A stretch of DNA of 63,895 bases, the filler included, from an uncultured Methanosarcinales archaeon (lineage in GTDB: Archaea > Nanobdellota > Nanobdellia > Woesearchaeales > JABMPP01): assembly GCA_964604995.1 (NCBI GenBank). It is 7 parts of 7 records of this genome, joined end to end, with 100 filler letters (N's around TTAATTAATTAA, not from the genome) between each part and the next. Parts side by side here need not be neighbours in the genome. Positions count along the whole stretch, not along the records: positions 59,416 to 63,895 come from CAZSAD010000057.1; 6 more parts are not named here. One strand, given 5' to 3'. The position numbers and the translations under genes were made by a program. The notes below the pieces were generated by a model. It was not told the DNA's origin and searched no databases. It was given only the letters and a program-made list of their open reading frames with translations. This document shows, one piece after another, positions 59,418 to 63,895 of the stretch. Positions within the stretch are counted from its first letter, which is position 1; every line of letters starts with the position of its first letter.

Positions 59418-62400
59418 ACTACGATAGATACTCTTACTAAAAATCTTAATGCGCTTAAACAAGAAGTTGCGAGCAAAAACAATACTATTAATACGAAAAC
59501 AGATGAAATAAACAATCTAACAAAAAAGAATACAAGCCTACTTAATGATTATGAACTAACTAAGAATAAAAATGAAAAATATCTTGATGAGATCAACTCG
59601 CTCACGGAAAAACTTGCATCTACGTCAAAAAGTATTGCAACAACCGTAAGCAATGCAAAATTACCTTTAGAGAAGATGATAGATCAAATAAAAGAAGAAA
59701 TTTCTCAGAAAGAATCTATGATTTCTGAGCTAACCAGGTCAGAAAAAGACTTCAAATCAAAGCTTGAAGCTTCAAACAGTAATGAAGATAAACTGGCATT
59801 ATTAGTTGAAAATTTAAATACTAAGATAAAGTCTCTTGAAGGGTCAGCTATTTCTGAGTCCAAAATCAATACCGCCAATGTGGATCTCATTCGCAAACTG
59901 CAAAATGAAAAATCAGCCCTTAATTCTAAACTTGACTCTGTAAGTAAAAATGAACAAAAGTTAATTACTGAAACAAATTCTTTGTCTTTATTGGTAGAAT
60001 CATTAAAATCCTCAATTCCAGACAAAATTGAGCAGGCGGTTACGCCATTAAAAACAACCATTGGCTATTTAGAGTCTAAATTGATTGAAAAAGAAAAAAT
60101 GCTGCAGGATAACGAAAAGACTATTTTCGATCTAAACAAAAACAACTCAACGGTTTCTGCAAGCTTGAACAAGGAAGAAAATATCACTAAAAGTTTAAAT
60201 GGTGAAATAGCTGGGCTAAAAAACAATATTAAAACACTTGAATCCACTCTTTCTCAAAAAGTGGAAAAATCTAAAGAACCGCTAGCAGCTGAAATATCAG
60301 CTTTAAAGAATACTGTTGAGGAATTAAGATCAAAAACCAATTCTGACGCAAAAAATATCGAGGGTATGAATGTCCTTAAATCATCTTTGAGCAGTACAAT
60401 AGACCAATATAAGAGCAATGAATCTTTACTGAAAGAACAACTAGCTGCGTTGAATGAGTCTATAAAAGAGAAGGATCTTTTGGTGAGGTCTAAAAATGAT
60501 GAGCTTTTAGCAAAGGTATCTAACAATGACTCTCTAAAAAACAGTTTAAAGACTTTATCTAATGAAAAATCTGTGTTAGAAAACCAAATTAAGACACTTT
60601 TAGATAAAATAAACTCTATTGAATCTGAAAATATGAAAAAGACTGCTACTCTTAAAGCCGATTTTGACAAACAAAGAAATGCCGATTTAAGTAAAAGCTC
60701 AGGGCTTCAGACCAAATTAGTTGATCTTAACAATAAAATAACTTCTTTAGAAAATTCACTTTCAACAACAAATAAAGAACTAGAAATAGCCGAATCAAAC
60801 AATTTAGAATTAAAGAACAGTCTGTCTGAAATAAAAAATCAAATAAATGCCAAAGATATTGAAATAAGCAGTTTAACAAGCAAGTATAAGTCTGAATTAA
60901 CCGTTAAAGAAGATCTGATTAGTCGCAAAGACTTGTCCAACAATAATCTTGCACAGTTAAATTCAAAAATTAATCAAGATTTGTCTGAATTAAAATCTAA
61001 TAATGAAAAACTCATTGAGGCCAATGCTTTATTAAGATCCGAAAACATCAAGATTAAAGAATCCATTCCAGCTACGCTAGCTTCAATTCAAGAGCCGTTG
61101 AACAACAAAATATCTCTTCTTCAAGAAGAAATAAGCAATAAATCGAATATTGTTACAGCTAAAAACACTTTAGTCCTTGATCTGAATAATACTATTACAG
61201 AGCTGAAAAAAGATATCTCAACTCTTTCTGGTGAAAAGCAATCTCTTGAAAAAGTAATATTTTCATTAAATGCAAAAATGAAAATTTTTGAAAATAGCAT
61301 GTCAAAAACAATAGAAGGGTCAACAAAAGCATTAACTTCAAAAGTTGAATCATTACAAAATGCTTTGAGCAAGTCGAAAGAAGAATATGAAAAAATACTT
61401 GATTCAGAGAAACTTGTGCTAAACAGCAAAATAAAGTATTCAGAGAGAAAAGTGGACGATTTAAATAAAACGATCAACGATTTACGTTCTGAAAAGAGCG
61501 CATTAGAAAGCAAGCTTTTATCGCAAGATAAGATCTCTGAAAAACAAAACTCAGCTATTAAAAAAAGCAGCGAAGAATCAGAAGCATTGAGATCCAAGCT
61601 TTCTGAAGTTCAATCATCAATAATGGCTGCAGTAGAACGTGCTGAGGCACCATTAAAAGATAGGATATCCTTGCTAGAAAATAACCTTAATACTGAAATA
61701 ACAAAACAAGATAAATTAAAGTCTGAAATAAAAGAAGCTTTTGACAACAAAGTAATGCTAAATGAGCAATATGCAAGTTTAATAGATCAAAATTTAAAAT
61801 TAAAGAATGAGATTGAATCATTAACAGCTTCTAAACGAGCGATCGAAGTGTCGATAAAAGAAACTTTAGAATCAGCAAAAACCCCGTTACAAAACAAAAT
61901 AGCTGAGCTGGAAAACAATTTAACCAAATTTAATGTTCAAAGCAAGGAAGAGCTTTCAAAATCATTAATCAGCTTTGAAAACAGGATTGCAGCGCTGAAC
62001 AGTGAACTTAAGAATAAAGATCTTCTTATAAATAAAATTAATGCTAATCTAGTTCAATTTGATCAAATGCTTACTAATTCTAAATCTGATAATGAAAAAG
62101 CGATTCAAGAGATATCAAAGTTAAAATCCGAAAATGAGCTTTTGAAAACAAAAAATAAAGATATCGATCTGTCCCTACAAACTAAAATAACCCAAAGCAA
62201 CGAGCCATTGCTAAAACAGATCGAACTTGTTGAAAAGCAGCTAAAGAACAATGAAACTATCAGCAAAGAGCGTGAGAGAACGATCAAAAACATGCTCAGC
62301 GAAAAGGAAATGCTTAACGATATCCTTGAAAAAATAAAAACGGAAAGAAATGAGCTTTCAACAAAGCTTTCCGAAATTAACAATAAAGCAACTTTGGAAG

Positions 62401-63785
62401 CTAAATTAAAAAATGAACAATTATTTGAGATAAACAAATTACGCGAAGAGCTTAAGCTTGTAAACAAAAATAATGAGGCTATTGTTCAGGATAATGCTGT
62501 TCTTAATAAAAAGATTACTGACCTTCTTAGCGAGATCACAAAAAATGATTCTAAAGTGCCAGAGCAGCTAGCGGCTCTCACTGCACAGAACAAAAAAGAT
62601 ATTGATAATTTGAAAAATCAAATAATGTCTGCAGAAAACATAATTAAAGAAAAAACTGCTGAAATTTTCAAGATCACTGATGAAAAGAATCAAATAAGAA
62701 GCAAGATACTGGATATTACGAACAATAACAAATTGCTAAACAACGAAATTATTTCTCTTAAAAATACTGTTTCTAAATTTGAAGGATCATCAGCAAATAT
62801 AGAATTAGCTAAATTACCATTAAAAGAAAAAATAGATCAACTTAATTTGGCCTTAAATGCTGCAGAGGAAGAGAAGAAAACAAGAAGTACCACGATAGAG
62901 AACCTTAAACAAAAATTAGACAACTTGAATAAAGAGCTGTCTTTGATTTTAAGTGAAAAAGTGGACCTTAATGAAGCTATTTCATCACTTAAAAAACAAT
63001 ATGAAGAAGAAGCCGCATTAAATGAACAAAGATCTGCCCAAGAAACAATAAAATTGAATAATGAAATTCAACAGCTTAAAAATGAACTTGCTTCAATTAG
63101 AAATGAAGGACTTGATATTGTTAATGAAACAACTGAAAAAATGAGCAAAGAATTGACTGTGCTAAAAAATGAACTGGATGATTCAAATTCAATAATAAAG
63201 AATAAAGATTATAAAATAAAATCTTTGTATGACAATATATCTGATCTTGAAAGCAAATTGAACATGAAAATAGCCGAAATCGATAATTCAGGTTCAAATA
63301 TAATAAAACTCAAAAATGAGATCAAAAGATTAAATGAGAGCTTTGATAATAGGCTGCAATCTGAAAAAACACCACTAGTTGAAGAAGTTAATACATTGAA
63401 ATCTGAATTAAAACAAATGGATAGGCTAGTGCGTGTAAAAGTTGAAGAAACAAAAGAATCGCTTCAAAGGCAGCTCACTGCTCTTGAACAGCAATTAAAA
63501 TCAAATGAAATTGCTATTCTTGAAAAGGACAATAAAAACGCAGGATTAACCCAAGAAATTATTAAATTGAATGCTAGCATTGATCAATTAATAGTTGATA
63601 AGAATTCTATGGAAAAAGCATTGTATTCTCTCACAGACAAATATGAAAAAACAATAATAATGTATAAAGAGAATGTATCTGAACTTGAAATGATAAATAG
63701 CAGTAATAACCTAGAAAAAGAAAATGAAAGATCAATTAAAAGTGAAATAGATGATGCCCTTAAACTAATAGAGATTTATAAATAA
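59418..63785 (+). CDS. Very long segmented coiled-coil protein, 5'-truncated
   Basis: Frame open from the contig edge (>1450 aa); heptad L/I pattern; recurring PLxxxI breaks. Confidence 0.85.
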   Translation, partial: TTIDTLTKNLNALKQEVASKNNTINTKTDEINNLTKKNTSLLNDYELTKNKNEKYLDEINSLTEKLASTSKSIATTVSNAKLPLEKMIDQIKEEISQKESMISELTRSEKDFKSKLEASNSNEDKLALLVENLNTKIKSLEGSAISESKINTANVDLIRKLQNEKSALNSKLDSVSKNEQKLITETNSLSLLVESLKSSIPDKIEQAVTPLKTTIGYLESKLIEKEKMLQDNEKTIFDLNKNNSTVSASLNKEENITKSLNGEIAGLKNNIKTLESTLSQKVEKSKEPLAAEISALKNTVEELRSKTNSDAKNIEGMNVLKSSLSSTIDQYKSNESLLKEQLAALNESIKEKDLLVRSKNDELLAKVSNNDSLKNSLKTLSNEKSVLENQIKTLLDKINSIESENMKKTATLKADFDKQRNADLSKSSGLQTKLVDLNNKITSLENSLSTTNKELEIAESNNLELKNSLSEIKNQINAKDIEISSLTSKYKSELTVKEDLISRKDLSNNNLAQLNSKINQDLSELKSNNEKLIEANALLRSENIKIKESIPATLASIQEPLNNKISLLQEEISNKSNIVTAKNTLVLDLNNTITELKKDISTLSGEKQSLEKVIFSLNAKMKIFENSMSKTIEGSTKALTSKVESLQNALSKSKEEYEKILDSEKLVLNSKIKYSERKVDDLNKTINDLRSEKSALESKLLSQDKISEKQNSAIKKSSEESEALRSKLSEVQSSIMAAVERAEAPLKDRISLLENNLNTEITKQDKLKSEIKEAFDNKVMLNEQYASLIDQNLKLKNEIESLTASKRAIEVSIKETLESAKTPLQNKIAELENNLTKFNVQSKEELSKSLISFENRIAALNSELKNKDLLINKINANLVQFDQMLTNSKSDNEKAIQEISKLKSENELLKTKNKDIDLSLQTKITQSNEPLLKQIELVEKQLKNNETISKERERTIKNMLSEKEMLNDILEKIKTERNELSTKLSEINNKATLEAKLKNEQLFEINKLREELKLVNKNNEAIVQDNAVLNKKITDLLSEITKNDSKVPEQLAALTAQNKKDIDNLKNQIMSAENIIKEKTAEIFKITDEKNQIRSKILDITNNNKLLNNEIISLKNTVSKFEGSSANIELAKLPLKEKIDQLNLALNAAEEEKKTRSTTIENLKQKLDNLNKELSLILSEKVDLNEAISSLKKQYEEEAALNEQRSAQETIKLNNEIQQLKNELASIRNEGLDIVNETTEKMSKELTVLKNELDDSNSIIKNKDYKIKSLYDNISDLESKLNMKIAEIDNSGSNIIKLKNEIKRLNESFDNRLQSEKTPLVEEVNTLKSELKQMDRLVRVKVEETKESLQRQLTALEQQLKSNEIAILEKDNKNAGLTQEIIKLNASIDQLIVDKNSMEKALYSLTDKYEKTIIMYKENVSELEMINSSNNLEKENERSIKSEIDDALKLIEIYK

Positions 63786-63895
63786 AAATAAATTTCATTT
63801 AAAACCTTTCTGATTATTGTGCTAATTTATACTATTTCCTTTAAAGCACGATCCCATAGTAGAAAATCCGAAAATATCTTGACGACACCTGTTTA

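Noticed and set aside
1489..62467. Numerous 60-160 aa antisense or overlapping ORFs in the supplied track
   Set aside because: They lie opposite or inside well-supported genes and have shadow-ORF composition
59418..63785. SMC/Rad50 or phage tape-measure call
   Set aside because: No Walker B/signature motif at the C-terminus, no hinge or zinc hook, and no phage genes in view
63840..63895. Possible start of a tRNA or other ncRNA after a TATA-like box
   Set aside because: Cut by the window edge; no D-arm or anticodon arm could be folded

Overview
AT-rich archaeal sequence, most likely a DPANN Woesearchaeota-like MAG (inferred from PolD DP1/DP2, Cdc6, aIF2-beta, Pth2, SRP54, a class III pilin and tandem-Lrp proteins). 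It is not contiguous. Seven contigs are joined by six artificial 100-bp N/TTAATTAATTAA linkers, and the five complete contigs fall in descending length order, so adjacency across linkers has no meaning. Content: a Na+/K+-ATPase-like pump with DedA and a CPA2 antiporter; a cdc6-DP1-DP2 operon beside an ORB-flanked candidate origin; glnA, ABCE1 and glmS; a secreted Cys-rich/LamG/SpvB-FG-GAP-YD (Rhs-like) operon; an asnS-asnB-Lrp-YbaK-aspS locus; thrS, srp54 and a large coiled-coil protein. The best leads are: (1) a Sec-secreted Rhs/TcBC-like shell lacking its protease core and toxin, followed by a coupled 26-codon ORF; (2) a duplicated srp54 3' end, each copy followed by a 39-bp hairpin with compensatory changes; (3) a repeated Lrp / small ORF / amide-synthetase layout at glnA and asnB; (4) ABCE1 missing all four ligands of one Fe-S cluster; (5) an apparently chimeric AspRS; (6) an NDT + receiver-like operon. 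All family calls come from motif recognition by eye; no searches were run.
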